From NCBI RefSeq assembly GCF_006345805.1, contig NW_021833944.1:1-53327 (forward strand): a stretch of 53,327 nt of DNA, given 5' to 3'. Each line of letters begins with the position of its first letter. Position 1 is the first letter of the stretch. Source of the DNA: Octopus sinensis (lineage: Eukaryota). Shown in pieces: positions 38,365 through 52,720 of this stretch. A model generated the notes under the pieces. It was not told where the DNA came from. It did no database searches and saw only the letters and a program-made list of their open reading frames with translations. Position numbers and translations under genes: made by a program.

Positions 38365-38590
38365 CTCAATCGTTCACGACGACCGATGTTCCAATTGATC
38401 CGATCAACGGAACAGCCTGCTCAAGACAAAAAACGTGCAAGTTTCAAAGGTCGGATCTTTGAAATACTGATACTAGTTAGGTGCTTCTCTTTGTCAGCTT
38501 AGTGGACTGGAGCAACCGTGAAATAAGAAGGTTCTGGGAATCGAACTGACAACATCACAATCGTTAGCCAAATATTCTAACCACTAAACC
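38365..38590 (-). mobile_element. SINE family C, degenerate
   Basis: gatccgatcaacggaacagcctgctc matches 20690-20715 and the reverse complement of 46790-46820. Confidence 0.6.
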
Positions 38591-38728
38591 GAGCACCGCC
38601 AAATATATATGTGTGTGTGTGTATGTGTGTGCATATATATATATATATATGATGGTGCGTAGTTTAATTGCAAATATACGTATATTAATTATTGTGTGAA
38701 TACACACACACACATATTTATATTGATA

Positions 38729-38799
<71 letters not shown>

Positions 38800-39129
38800 T
38801 TATCTATCTATCTACCTATCTACCTATCTACCTATATATATATATATATATATACATGTGTATGCACACACATATATGTGTATGTATGTATGTGTATCTA
38901 TTTATCAATTACTTTCCTCCTAGCAACGTATGGTAACCTATCTAACACGAAAGTATCATCTGAACGGAATTTTACCCTCTTCTTTGACGTCAGAACCAAA
39001 ACACACCCACACACACACACACATATCTATATACATACATACATACATACATGCATACATACATACATACATACATACTTGCATACATACATAAATACAT
39101 ACATACATATACCTACATACATATTAGCG

Positions 39130-39162
<33 letters not shown>

Positions 39163-40288
39163 ACATAAATATATAGATACATTAATAACTTCATAAATAA
39201 GTTGGTATATAATTATGTCAATAAAACCACAAACTCATCATATACATACATACATACACACATACATACATACATACATACATATACCTACATACATACA
39301 TACATACATACATATACCTACATACATACATACACACATACATATACCTACATACATACATGCTACATACATACACATACATACACACATACATACATAA
39401 CACACTACATACATACACAATACATACATACACACATACATACATACACATACATCATACACACATACATACATACTACATACTACACACATACATACTA
39501 CATACAACATACACACATACATACATACAAACATACTTACATACATACATACATACATACAATACATACATACATACATACACACATACATACATACATA
39601 CTTACATACATACATACTACATACATACATACTCACATACATACACACATGCATATATACATATATACATACATACATACATACTACACACATAATATAC
39701 ATACAAATACACACATACATACATACATACATATAGATATATTATATATATCTATATAGACACACACATTATAGATTACAATCTACACTATCGCCACCAC
39801 CATCCTCACCACCATCATCACCTCCACCGCTACCACCACCACCACTACACCAACTAATTTCTCTTTTCCCAATTTCCAAGACAAATTACTGTAAATGATA
39901 CTGAAGGAGCAATGAACGTTGGAAAAATAGTTTGGAGCGGACGGATTCCTGATTCGTAACGAATACAATGTCACTTCTACGTTTCTATTTCTCTTCATAC
40001 ATTATTTAGTTCAACTTATTTTATATATTAATATTGTTCCTTTTTGTTTTTTTCGTTCTCGTTGTTATTGTTCTTATGACTATAGTTGTTGTTGTTGTTG
40101 TTGTAATTGTTGTTGTAATTGTTGTTGTTATCTCAATAGATGTTGCGTTCTTCTTTTTATCTTTTCTTATGATTTTAAGCAATTAACTCAACCAGTGATG
40201 ATTGCGTGACCTTTACTGTTCCTTCTTCAGCATACGGTGTTTCGGTAAGGCTTTTCCCAATTATCGCGTGTATACACGCGCACGCACG

Positions 40289-40357
<69 letters not shown>

Positions 40358-40513
40358 TCACGCATGCACATATACATATACACAGGCACATAAGGTTCTC
40401 TGGTCAACTTGTAAGAAAACAATACACTTCAGATAACCTTGCCCCCGTTTGTATCTTTGAATTATTTCATTAGACGCATTACTGCGATCTCTTCAGCGAA
40501 ATCTATATATCTA

Positions 40514-40691
<178 letters not shown>

Positions 40692-42967
40692 ACTCTGCTT
40701 AATGCAGACTTGAAAATTTTGGCCAAGGTGCTAGCCAAGAGGTTGGCGCTTGTCATCGAGAAACTGGTCGACAAGGCGCAAACATGCGCCGTGCCAGGCC
40801 GGACCATCCATGACAACCTCCATCTGATGCGCTACATCATAGACAGGGTAGTTAACGAACCTGGCATGGGTGGGGCCCTGATCTGATCAACTTGGATCAA
40901 TCAAAAGCTTTGATAGGGTAGACCATCGATACTTGGAGGCAGTCCTGAGAGCGGCTGGTTTCGGTCCGTCTTCCGCGGCTGGATAGCTGCCTTGTACAGA
41001 GGCATCCGTTCGGTAATCGCGTCGCGTAAATGGACATCTATCGAGACCTTTCGACATTGCACGTTCGGTCCGTCAGGGATGCCCCTCTCGGCGCTTCTAT
41101 AGTATTGACTCTTGAGCCACTACTGCGGAAGCTGGCGACTCTAAGGGGCATCCCGCGAGAATTGGGATGCGGGACGAGCGTGTCTGCATACGCGGACGAC
41201 GTCACCGTCATAGTGTCAAGCCACGAGCACATCGAGCTGGTCGGCGAGACACTGAAAAACTACGAAGCGGGGTGACAGGAGCGAAAATCAACCGGGAAAA
41301 GTCAGTGGGCTTGCGACTAGGCACCTGGAGAAGCAAGCCCATGCCGTCCACCAGCGCCTCCGTCGTGGGACGCTGGACCGACGGCCCGGTTGAGTTGCTC
41401 GGGGTCTGGTTTGGTCCGGACCTCCAAGTGGAGAGAAGAACTGGAACGAGATAACGAGTAGGGTGGTCACTCTCGCCCGGCAATGGGCCGAGAGGAAAAC
41501 TGTCCCTAAAAGGTCGAGCGGAGGTGGCGAACACGTACATCGCGTCCGTCATCTACTACCGCTGACCGTCGTACCTTGTCCCGACCCTACCATCACCAAA
41601 CTACAACGCATCCTCTTTCGCTTCTTGTGGAAAGGATGCGTCCCGATGGTCAGGCGATCCATTGCTGTCAACACCCGTTAAAAGGAGGGCTGGGCATGCC
41701 GTGGTTGATGATGCGCAGACACGCGCTGAGACTGCGACATCTCTGGCTCTATGTAGACGACGGTGAACAGGTGTGGTCGCCGTTTGTGAGGCACGCTTTC
41801 CCGCAGCTCGTCTCCATGACCGAACTGCAGTCGTGGATCAAAAAGAGGCCGAGGAAGGGCGAATGGCACCCGAGTGTCGCGTTGCTCTCAAGCAACTCTG
41901 CCGTCCTGGGTCGACCTTAAGTGACTTCAACACAACCAAAGCATTCTATAGGGGTTTAGTGGAGGGAGGTACGACGACGAGCTCGGGGCGAACCTGGACG
42001 TCGACGAGGAGTACCTGACCCGCCTGCTGTTCGGGACGACTTTCGGGCCAGGGCCCATGGACAACTTCCAGAGATCCCTGGCCTGGCAGTGCTACCGAGA
42101 AGCGCTACCCGTTCGGGATAAGCTCTACAGACCGGCTCGAGAAAACACGGGCCGACCTGCCCGAGATGCGGTCAGAGCGACGAAACCGTTCTGCACGCAC
42201 ATCGTTCAGTGTCCAACAATTTCCGACCTGTGGGCTTATGTCGAACAAACTGCTGTCACGTGTGGGACGAGTCGGTTTATCAGCTGAGTCTATCGTCAAT
42301 ATTGTCACGCCTCCTTCCTTCAAACGGGAAGGAAGAGCTATTTTCATCATCCTTGTGGGCTATGGCGAAAGAATGTATCTGGTGGACGCGTCTGAAAGGA
42401 TTGGAGACACAAACACTTTCCTCTCTGGTCAATCTCTCATCAACTTCTTCAAGTACCACTTGAAAAGGAAAGTGAGAGTAGAGAGGGCAAATTTTGTCTA
42501 GCGAATGTTTTAAAAAAAGATGGGTGAATGTAGCAAGAATGGCACGTATGAATGAACCTTGAGCATAGTCCTATGAACCCAGAAATCGAAAACAGAGAGT
42601 TGCTATTTGCAAAAAAAAAAAAAAAAAAAAAGAATATAAAAATGTGACTTCATTGACCGAGGTTACGTGGTCTTTTCCGTAGGCTTTCGTTCCACGGGTA
42701 AACCTCACCTGTCCTCCCTTTACACTTCATATTGACATTTCTGTGATAACGATCCCTATTGATCACTTTTGTTTTCCTCTCCCCCCGCTTTTTTTTTTTT
42801 TTTTTTTAACCCCCCTTTTTTGTCCTCTTTCTCTCCTTTTACGATCCCTTTTGATCGAAACTCCCCCTTCCTTTTTTTTTTTTTTTTTTTTAAAACCTTC
42901 AAAAGAAAAGCTCTACCTTGTAATTTGTTCTATCTGTGTGCAGCCCTGTGTGGCTAATAAAGAAACA
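40692..42967 (+). mobile_element. 5'-truncated Tx1/L1-clade LINE (RT, CCHC finger, 3'UTR) inside (TATC)n; ORF2 broken by many 1-bp indels
   Basis: [19 protein letters not shown]...[14 protein letters not shown]...LDQSKAFDRVDH, YADD at 41189-41200, GGLGMP, CPRC...ETVLH...C. The 3'UTR ends aataaagaaaca then TATC/TGTC repeats. Confidence 0.92.
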
Positions 42968-43297
42968 TATCTAACTATCTGTCCCTGTATTTGTCTATCT
43001 GTATGTCTATTTGCTTATCTACATGCCTGCCTGTCTACCCGTCTGCCTCTTTGTCTTTTTATATATCTATGGAATTATACATATAAACACAAATACTTTC
43101 ATATGTATACGTAGAAACGACAAGAATAGTAGGTGCATGTATAGTTTATATTTATTAGAAATAATTACAATTCACTCATTTCCGTCGCATTTAGTTTCAG
43201 TATTACGACTATTACGAAACAAGAAAATCACAACTGCAGGACCGGCGTTAATGAATGACGCCATGACATTAAAAATAAACTTTCTCGTACATTCATC

Positions 43298-43712
43298 GGG
43301 TCGTTTCGGTTTGAACGGCAGTTTTTAACATAATTTCTAGGTAACTAAAAAAATTTAAACTTCGTATACTGGTAGAAGATGTTTATAAAACATCTTTTTT
43401 TCTTGGCTTTATTGAGAAAATTCTATGGTTTGTAAGATATTTGTTGTTGTTTTTTTTCAATTTCTGCAATTTCAACCAATCACTGACGTATTTGAGGTAA
43501 TAAAAACATTCTGTGCCGTATGAATATGTCCCTCGTTTAAAAAACAGATTGTGAAGAAAAAGATACCCTTCCCCCACCCCTAACCCTCACCCTAACTAAC
43601 CCTACCCCTATAATAGATTGAAATGCAATAGATCGATACTAGGGTCATAATTATGGGTGACAATTTCATATGATAGCGCTAGAAAAAACTGCCGTTCACA
43701 CCGAAAAGATCC
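43298..43712. mobile_element. MITE with 29-bp TIRs and a probable 8-bp TSD (Merlin-like)
   Basis: gggtcgtttcggtttgaacggcagttttt / aaaaactgccgttcacaccgaaaagatcc. Flanks are cattcatc and gattcatc. Internal ccctaa-like repeats at ~43575-43610. Confidence 0.65.
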
Positions 43713-44272
43713 GATTCATCTACTTCGTGGGTGAAGACGATTGTCTGGTTACTTCTAATCCCTTTGCTTGAAAGTTCGGTGCTTTGAGACAGAATTTAAC
43801 ACAATCAGCAAGATAATAATGAATGCTGGGAAATCGCAGTTATATCATAATAATTTCTGCCTTGTCAAATCACAGCTATCCTTTGTTTAACAACTAATTG
43901 TGTTAGAATTTATGAGGTTAAACATCTCTTGGAAATGTTTAACCTCAACATTCTCAGAAAGCTTCCTGCAGCTCAGGATTGTTCTTAGTTGATAGGTTAT
44001 CAGCAGAAACGGGTAAGATAAGGATAGGTTTAGACAAAATTAAGAGGAATATTTTGAATATTATTTAAGCATAACTGACTAACTTATTGAAAGCTACGTT
44101 TACAGCATAGCACTAGATTTATATGCTGGTTGGAATTTCAGACAATATTTGTGCTAACTCTTAAACTGCTTGGTGGATTAAACTAAGCCACTATGTAACA
44201 AGCCAAATTAGAACATCAAACCCCGCATACACACACGTATATACATAAACACACTCACTTATAATATGTGTG

Positions 44273-44343
<71 letters not shown>

Positions 44344-44559
44344 TTGTGTGAGTGTGTGTGTGTTTGTGAGTGTATGTGTGTATTTTATCTCTTAGAAAGA
44401 GAGAGAAAGAGAGATTTCAATAATAATACCCCACGTATAATTAGGAAACTTGATGTAAGAATACTTAAGAAAGTTTCTGATTTGTCTTAAGAAATAGGTA
44501 TATTTTAAATATGCTGCCAATATACAAGCTCCAATGGGAAGCAAATATATTGAAATCTT

Positions 44560-45330
44560 CACACCAGAGAAAAGCCATAGAGTGGAAGGTAATGTGGTTT
44601 AATCCACTATGCAGCTTGAATGTTGACCGAAATACAAGTAGAAAATATCTTCCTCTCGTATAACAGCATTCCTACCATCAGACTAACACAATATTATGCT
44701 AAGGCTAGATAACCTAATACAGTAAAAGTAGCTTCCAAAATCTAATATTTAACTGAATATATACCCCTAACACTCAACTGTTCTAAATAATCAATTTTCG
44801 TGTCAAAATACTCCTCTACCTGTTCACTCAGAAGAACCTCGAATTGGAAAGTAGTGATTTGTCGAACAAGTGTAAAAGCTCTGAATATCATTGGAAGGAA
44901 TCATAGGTGATCCACAGGGAACAATTTCAAAAGCTTTGTGCACTATAATCTACACATCTTTAAAAACAAAGAAAATTCCACATTCCTATGAGTGGAAGCA
45001 CATGGCCTAGTGGTTAGAGCAGCGGATTCGCCGTCGAGGGATCGCGGGTTCGCGGCTCCGGCAGAAGGTAATGGCAAAATTTCTGCTGGCTCTTTCGCCA
45101 CAACTTTCTCTCACTCTTTCCTCCTGCATCTTGTAGCTCACCTTCGACGGACCGGCGTCCCGCCCAGGTGGGGAATCTATACGCCAAGAAACCGGGAAAC
45201 CGGCCCTTATGAACCAGGCATGGCTCAAGAAGGAATAAACAACATTCCTATGAATATTCTGCTATAAACTCAGGACCTTTAGACTGAAATACATTGCAAT
45301 AAAATGCCTCATCATCTGAAAAACTCACCC
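44560..45330 (+). mobile_element. Decayed Penelope-like ORF (post-RT linker to GIY-YIG region), interrupted by a SINE
   Basis: KVMWFNPLCSLNVDRNTSRKYLPLV*QH...NTVKV matches the PLE WFNPP.S.NV..N.G.KFL.LV..HF...NT.KV motif. Confidence 0.6.
44995..45243 (+). mobile_element. SINE family C copy with 12-bp TSD
   Basis: tggcctagtggttagagcag A-box, gggttcg B-box. acattcctatga on both flanks. Confidence 0.8.
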
Positions 45331-46574
45331 TTTATACCAATGAATCACGAAATTGCACGTTTTACCCGAATTAAAATTACAAGACATTTGATTCGTAGGA
45401 GGGGTATAACCCATAAATTCAGTTCATATTACTGAAATACGTAATAATACACTTACATTTGATGTGTAAGTATTCATATATAATTGAGAATCTTTTATCT
45501 GGAATTCATAAAACCGAAGCTATTGCGGATTTCACATTCTTTTAGGATTTCGGGGTATTTTTTAATATTGGCATATATGTATACGATTAGACATCTTGTG
45601 GCCATGTCCCAAATCTAAACATAATATCCATTTATATTTCATTATATCGCTATTCATATATCTTGAATGTAGGTTTGTATAAATTTTAAATAACTTTTTA
45701 TATACATAATACCATCGGAACGGTAAGATATCAATCTCCACCTACGATGTTCCTGCGATGTTCATGTTTTGATTAAAAGGTTACAGTACACGTTCGCCAT
45801 TTCTGTTTCCTTTTCTTTACTCTACAGGTATTAGGTTTTATGTAAGGTATAAAAACAAAGCATTGAACATGAATGTAAGTAAATAAAATAAAAAACTGAA
45901 AAATGTCAGTATTTTATTTCTGAAGGAATGTATAAGTAATGACTCTAATCATGTTACACTCGTACAGGGAATGGAAATTCGGATCTAACGTAGAAATGAA
46001 GTTCTGCGCTCGCGGTACAAAAGAAAAACAAAACGAAACTAAAACAAAACGAAAAGAAAAATGTGAAGATCATTTCATATGAACTTTAAAATGAATGCTG
46101 ATGAAGATAAATGTGATGTAGATAAACACAAATCCTTTTCAGCACTTTGTGAAATTTTCCATTTGTGGCGTGTTATATCAGCGGTGAAAAAAAAAAATCT
46201 ACCGGATTTTGAAACTTCGGCAAAAACATTTTCAAGTGTACAAACCAATGTATAATCTACAACCATAAAAAGAAACCCAATTCGTATGATTCTAACGCAA
46301 CATCTATCCGTGATTAACAACTCGTATGATACGAACAAAAGAGTCAAACGAATATTCAATACATGAAACATAATGTTCTAGAAATTAAAACAGTGATCAG
46401 TGTCACTTAAACGAAGATCAGAGATATTGTTTAACTACCGTCATCAGAGGAAATTTCTCTTGGAATGTTTACACAAATCCGAAATTCCAAGAATTAGCCA
46501 TGCATATACGCAGTTATCAGGTTATACAAGTGTCAAAGGGTAGTTGTTCTTTGCTAAATACACTAGAAAACACC

Positions 46575-47101
46575 TAAAGCTCCACGAGGCTCCGGCAGGG
46601 GATAGTGGTGATCCCTGCTGTACTTGTTCACCACAACTTTCTCTCACTCTTACTTCCTGTTTCTGTTGTACCTGTATTTCAAAGGACCGGCCTTGTCACT
46701 CTCTGTGTCACGCTGAATATCCCCGAGAACTACGTTAAAGGGTGCACGTGTCTGTGGAGTGCTCAGCCACTTACACGTTAATTTCACGAGCAGGCTGTTC
46801 CGTTGATTCGGATCAACCGGAACCCTCGTCGTCGTAACCGACGGAGTGCTTCCATCCATCAGTATATGACCAAATGCCAAAAGCGAAGCTTTTGGTACCA
46901 GTCAACTTCTCACTAAGTATATATATATATATACATATATATCATGTTGCTCCAGTTCACTAAGATATAGAAATGAGTTGCGACGTCACTGGTCTCAAGC
47001 TATAGCAGACTTTGCGGAATTTGAACTCAGAACGTAAAGTCAGACGAAATACCGCTAAGCATTTCGCCCGGATTGTTAACGTTTCTGCCAGGTCGCCGCC
47101 T
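46575..47101. mobile_element. SINE C body (46575-46862, +), SINE C fragment (46940-47015), SINE A head (47020-47101, -)
   Basis: caccacaactttctctcactct is shared with 45095-45120, and agaaatgagttgcgacgtcactgg with 21028-21051. Confidence 0.7.
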
Positions 47102-47192
<91 letters not shown>

Positions 47193-47208
47193 GCATGTAT
47201 AGTATTAG

Positions 47209-47246
<38 letters not shown>

Positions 47247-47270
47247 TTAGATATATATATATATAGATAT

Positions 47271-47410
47271 ATACGTTTGTAGTTTTGTTTGTTCCAATCA
47301 TTTGACTGCGGCAATGCTCGAGCACCACCTAGTATCATTCTACCGTTTCTTATGCCGAACCGCTAAGTTACGGGTACGTAAACACACCAACACAAACAGA
47401 CATGTATATG

Positions 47411-47455
<45 letters not shown>

Positions 47456-47744
47456 TATATATATATGACGGGATTCTTTCAGTTTCGACAAGGCTTTTGT
47501 CGACCTGAGGCTATAGAGTAGAGACACTTACTCATGGTGCCACGCAGTGAGACTGAACCCAGAGCGATGTGGTTAGTGAGCAAGCTACCTACCACACACA
47601 CACTCATATTATATATATATATATATCAAATTTATACATATGAATATTTGTGTAGTCATACATATGAAATATTATTTAAATATGCATATGTATATGTATG
47701 TATATACATACATACATACATACATACATACATACATACATACA

Positions 47745-47796
<52 letters not shown>

Positions 47797-47951
47797 AGAG
47801 AGAGAGAGAGAGAGAGAGAGAGTGAGAGAGAGATATGTGTGTGTGCGTGTTTTATAAACAAGTTAGATTTTACAAACTGGAAAATAGATAGTTGAATACG
47901 TAAGGCTATGTAGCATGTATGTAGTTATGCATGTATGTATGTATATGTATA

Positions 47952-47986
<35 letters not shown>

Positions 47987-48413
47987 GTTTGTAGTTTTTT
48001 TGTTCCAATCATTTGACTGCGGCAATGCTCGAGCACCACCCTAGTATTCATTCTATCGTTTTCTTATGCCGAACCGCTAAGTTACGGGTACGTAAACACA
48101 CCAACACACGCAGACATGCATATGTATATATATATATATATATATATATGACGGGATTCTTTCAGTTTCGACAAGGCTTTTGTCGACCTGAGGCTATAGT
48201 AGAAGACACTTACTCATGGTGCCACGCAGTGAGACTGAACCCAGAGCGATGTGGTTAGTGAGCAAGCTACCTACCACACACACACTCATATATATATATA
48301 TATATATCAAATTTATACATATGAATATTTGTGTAGTTACATACATATGGATATGTATTTAAATATGCATATGTATATGTATGTATATACATACATACAT
48401 ACATACATACATA

Positions 48414-48507
<94 letters not shown>

Positions 48508-48640
48508 GAGAGAGATATGTGTGTGTGCGTGTTTTATAAACAAGTTAGATTTTTACAAACTGGAAAATAGATAGTTGAATACGTTAGGCTATGTAGCATG
48601 TATGTAGTTATGCATGTATATATGTATATATGTATGTATG
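47271..48640. repeat. ~712-bp tandem duplication containing a degenerate SINE B (-) and several microsatellites
   Basis: atacgtttgtagttt at 47271 and 47983. The unique parts are near-identical and the microsatellite lengths differ. Confidence 0.9.
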
Positions 48641-49067
48641 TTCGTCAGAAACATAGAAAACTGTGCGAAAACACTTTCAAATAGATTAAGCTATTCTGAA
48701 AGATGTACATAGATTTGTCATGGAAATCGATAAAATATTCTAAAAATACTGTTAGTGTCACATAACAAGAGCACATAAATTTAAAACTGTGTAGATACAA
48801 TCAGCAGAACTGTGGAATGGAAAATTTGTACGTAAGTACATGAACGATGTCCTCCTACACTCATAAGCCAACACATGTACACAAACGTATACACGCACAC
48901 ACAAAGGATAAAAATACCAGTTACAAACACAAATATCTACGCGTCAGTAACAAAATAAATTGCATGTAACAAAATATGCATAAGAAAATACACACACACA
49001 TATATATACGCACGCAGACAGACAGACAGACACAGACATATGGATGTACCAATATATATAATATATA

Positions 49068-49490
49068 TACTCTTTTACTCTTTTACTCTTTTACTTGTTT
49101 CAGTCATTTGACTGCGGCCATGCTGGAGCACCGCCTTTTTTTTCTAATCGAGCAACTCGACCCCGGGACTTATTCTTTTGTAAGCCCAGTACTTATTCTA
49201 TCGGTCTCTTTTGCCGAACCGCTAAGTAACGGGGACATAAACACACCAGCATCGGTTGTCAAGCAATGCTAGGGGGACAAACACAGACACACAAACACAC
49301 ACACGCATATATATATATACATATATACGACGGGCTTCTTTCAGTTTCCGTCTACCAAATCCACTCACAAGGCTTTGGTCGGCCCGAGGCTATAGTAGAA
49401 GACACTTGCCCAAGGTGTCACACAGTGGGACTGAACCCGGAATCATGTGGTTGGTAAACAAGCTACTTACCACACAGCCACTCCTGCGCC
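49068..49490 (-). mobile_element. SINE family B, full length
   Basis: Reverse complement of head, core and tail. Confidence 0.9.
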
Positions 49491-50589
49491 TATATATATC
49501 AAAATAAGCAACAAGGATATCCAGAGGTAATGCAGTACGATCGTTTCAACCATTACATCAATTTAAATACAGTGCAATCTTCAGCAGCACAAAGACATAC
49601 AATTTAATTAAATTAAAACAGATGTACACATTAGTATAATTTTGCCTAAAATCTCCAAGAAGTTAAAGAGATGGACAAAGAACATTGTTGCGCTTCCTTC
49701 CAATTAGATGCTACTAAGTTATCAGGAAGAAAGCCTTGTAACAGATTTTGCTTTTCACTTTTATATGGGGTCAGTTTTAATTTATAGACTAATTTTATCA
49801 AATCCTTGTATATCTAAGGCCGGGTCTGTTAGGGGTAGGGCTGAGGGAGTCGACAGAAATCATAGTGGGTATAGTTATAAATATCAAGATTTATTTGAAA
49901 CAATATCATGTGTTTTTACACAGTTTTCTATATTTCTGACGAACATACATATATACATATCACTCTCTATTGTGGTAAAAGTTTGGTATATACTCAAAAG
50001 TATTCATGAAACATTTTATCCTTTTGTTATAATTCTTCTTCTTAATAATCCTCTGAATAACCCTAAACTTTAACTTTATACAATATATGAGTATTGCTTA
50101 GTGGGTATAGTCATAAAAATCAAGACTTATTTGAAGCAATATCATGGGATTTGGTAAAGGAAAACTTAAATCAAGATGTTAGGTGACAATTGAGGGGGTT
50201 GGCCACTAGCAGACCATTGATAATGAAACAGGGGAAGTCTTATCATATAGTACTATAGTTAAATATTTTAAGCAATACCTATATATATACATACGTGCAT
50301 ATATGCATGCATTTATAATGCATATATACATGCAGGTATGCATGCATATATTCATGCATACATGCATATGACCTTGTTGAAATTTGAACACAGAACGTAA
50401 ATATCCAGAAGATATTCCAACGGTCTTAGAATTCTACTAATTCAACACCTTTGTCGTGAAAACCTTTGCTCGAACAGAGAAATGCCGGAAAGTAATAATT
50501 AAGTTAGTGTAAGCATCTTACATGAACAGTAGGCTAGAGTTAACTTATTACAAGAATGACAAGCTAGCGTTAGTAAATTGATTTCAAAT

Positions 50590-51375
50590 GTTGGTACAAG
50601 GCCAGTTATTTCGTGGGTAGAGGGAAGTTGATTACATCGATCCCAGTGCTCAACTGGTACTTATTTTATCGACCCCAGAAGGATAAATGGCAAAGTCGAA
50701 CTCGGCGGAATTTCAACTCGAATGTAAAGACGGAGGAAATGCCGCTAAGCATTTGATCGGTGAGCTAAAGATTCTTATTTCTTTATTGCCAACAAGGGGC
50801 TAAATATAGAGGGGACAAACAAGGACAGACAAATGGATTAAGTCGATTATATCGAACCCAGTTCATAACTGGTACTTATTTAATCGACCCCGGAAGGATG
50901 AAAGGTAAAGTCGACCTCGGCGGAATTTGAACTCAGGATATAAATGCAAGCGAAATACCTTTTTCTTTACTACCCACAAGGGGCTAAACACAGAGAGGAC
51001 AAACAAGGACAGACAAACAGATTAGGTCGATTACATCGACTCCAGTTCGTAACTGGTACTTATTTAATCGACCCCGAAAGGATGAAAGGCAAAGTCGACC
51101 TCGGCAGAATTTGAACTCAGAACGTAGCGTCAGACGAAACATCTATCTCTTTACTACTCACAAGGGGCGAAATACAGAGAGGACAAACAAGGACAGACAA
51201 ACGGATTGAGTCGATTACATCGATCCCAGTTCGTACCTGGTACTTATTTAATCGACCCCGAAAGGATGAAGGGCAAAGTCGACCTCGGCGGAATTTGAAC
51301 TCACAACGTAACGGCAGACGAAATACGGCTATGCATTTCGCCCGGCGTGCTAACGTTTCTGCCAGCTCGCCGCCT
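50590..51375 (-). mobile_element. SINE family A array (3 tail-1 units) abutting or nested in an older tail-2 copy
   Basis: Junctions at ~50958 and ~51142. The older copy spans 50590-50770. Confidence 0.88.
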
Positions 51376-51875
51376 TAATTAGCGGTAGTATATAACAAGA
51401 ACACTAATCTAGCGTTAACATATTTGAAGAACAAGTTAGCGTTAGCAGATTACAAGTTAGCGCTAATAGGTTACAAGTTAGAACAATTAGTTAGACTTCA
51501 CATATTGAAAGAATAATAATAATTTGTTGTTATTGTTAGCATACTTTAAAAGTGAGGATAAAAGTCTAAGAAAATTTTTTACAATTACTAATATTATTTT
51601 ACTCAACTGCTTGTGAGCTTCGGGTTTATTACACCTGTCCAGTTAATCGTAATAATAACCGTATTTTTCCGAGTGGTAATGAGCCAACTGCGAAGTCGAT
51701 GTTCTATATATTTACATAAACAGATGTGATAAATTAGTATATTATCAAAGAAAATCAATGAGAATAAAAAGACAAAAAGATTAGTTCAATATAAAAACAA
51801 TTTATGAACATTTTTATTTAGTAAATGCAAATGTAAGTATATTTACCATAACACGTTGCATAACACATTAGGTGA

Positions 51876-51950
51876 GGGCGCGTAGCGTAGTGGTTAGAAT
51901 ACTCGGCTAACAATCATAAGTTGGTGAGTTCGATACCCGGAAGGCTTATT
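51876..51950 (+). mobile_element. tRNA-derived SINE head relic
   Basis: tagcgtagtggttaga A-box and gagttcgatacc B-box, without a closing acceptor stem. Confidence 0.55.
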
Positions 51951-52398
51951 TTACGTGGCTCAGTTCACTTAAAAAAATTGTGCGGAACCCTCGTGGAATA
52001 ATTTATTTTTTGCCATTTTGAAATATACATCTTATGAAAATGCTTTCTTGAGAAGAATATCACAGTTTTGTGGCTTTCTACAAGATATATCTAGGTTATG
52101 TAAGATATACAAAATGTTTATTTTCGGCTAATGCCGCTTTCGTCGCAAATAAGGGTAAGACAAAGATATAGAGATAACTCGAATGGCGCTGGAATGGAAA
52201 CGGTATCATTTACCAGAATATGCGCTTTGGGACTCATTAACAAAAATATACAGACAGAAAATAATACTACGAGAATCTAGACACACACACACACACACAC
52301 ACACACCACACACACACACACGCACACGCACACACGCACACACACGCACGCACGCACACATATTACATACAGGAGCTCAGTTGTTACATATCCATACA

Positions 52399-52508
<110 letters not shown>

Positions 52509-52559
52509 ATATATATGTATATGTATAAAGTTAATCCAAACAAGAAAGCACATAAAAAC

Positions 52560-52720
52560 ACAACAACGCGAGGACGTGGAAACAATATAGTATTATTGGG
52601 ACGCTCAGGAAAGAAGGAGGGTTAACGTTTCGAGCGGAGCTCTTCGTCGGAAACATAGGAGAAGGAAAAATCCAGAGAAGGGATGACAGAGGGAAAAAAA
52701 TCGCCAACGTTACACACGCA
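52560..52720 (-). mobile_element. Penelope-like terminal relic with a minimal HHR variant (52621-52654)
   Basis: The minus strand reads GTTT-CCGACGA-A-GAGC-tcc-GCTC-GAA-ACGT-T-AAC (U4C core variant). Confidence 0.5.

Noticed and set aside
43570-43612. Interstitial telomere
   Set aside because: Only about four imperfect units, lying inside a TIR element.
49860-50150. ~50-bp direct repeat 237 bp apart with nearby ttagggg/ccctaa motifs
   Set aside because: No termini or TSD could be defined; probably a decayed non-autonomous DNA element.
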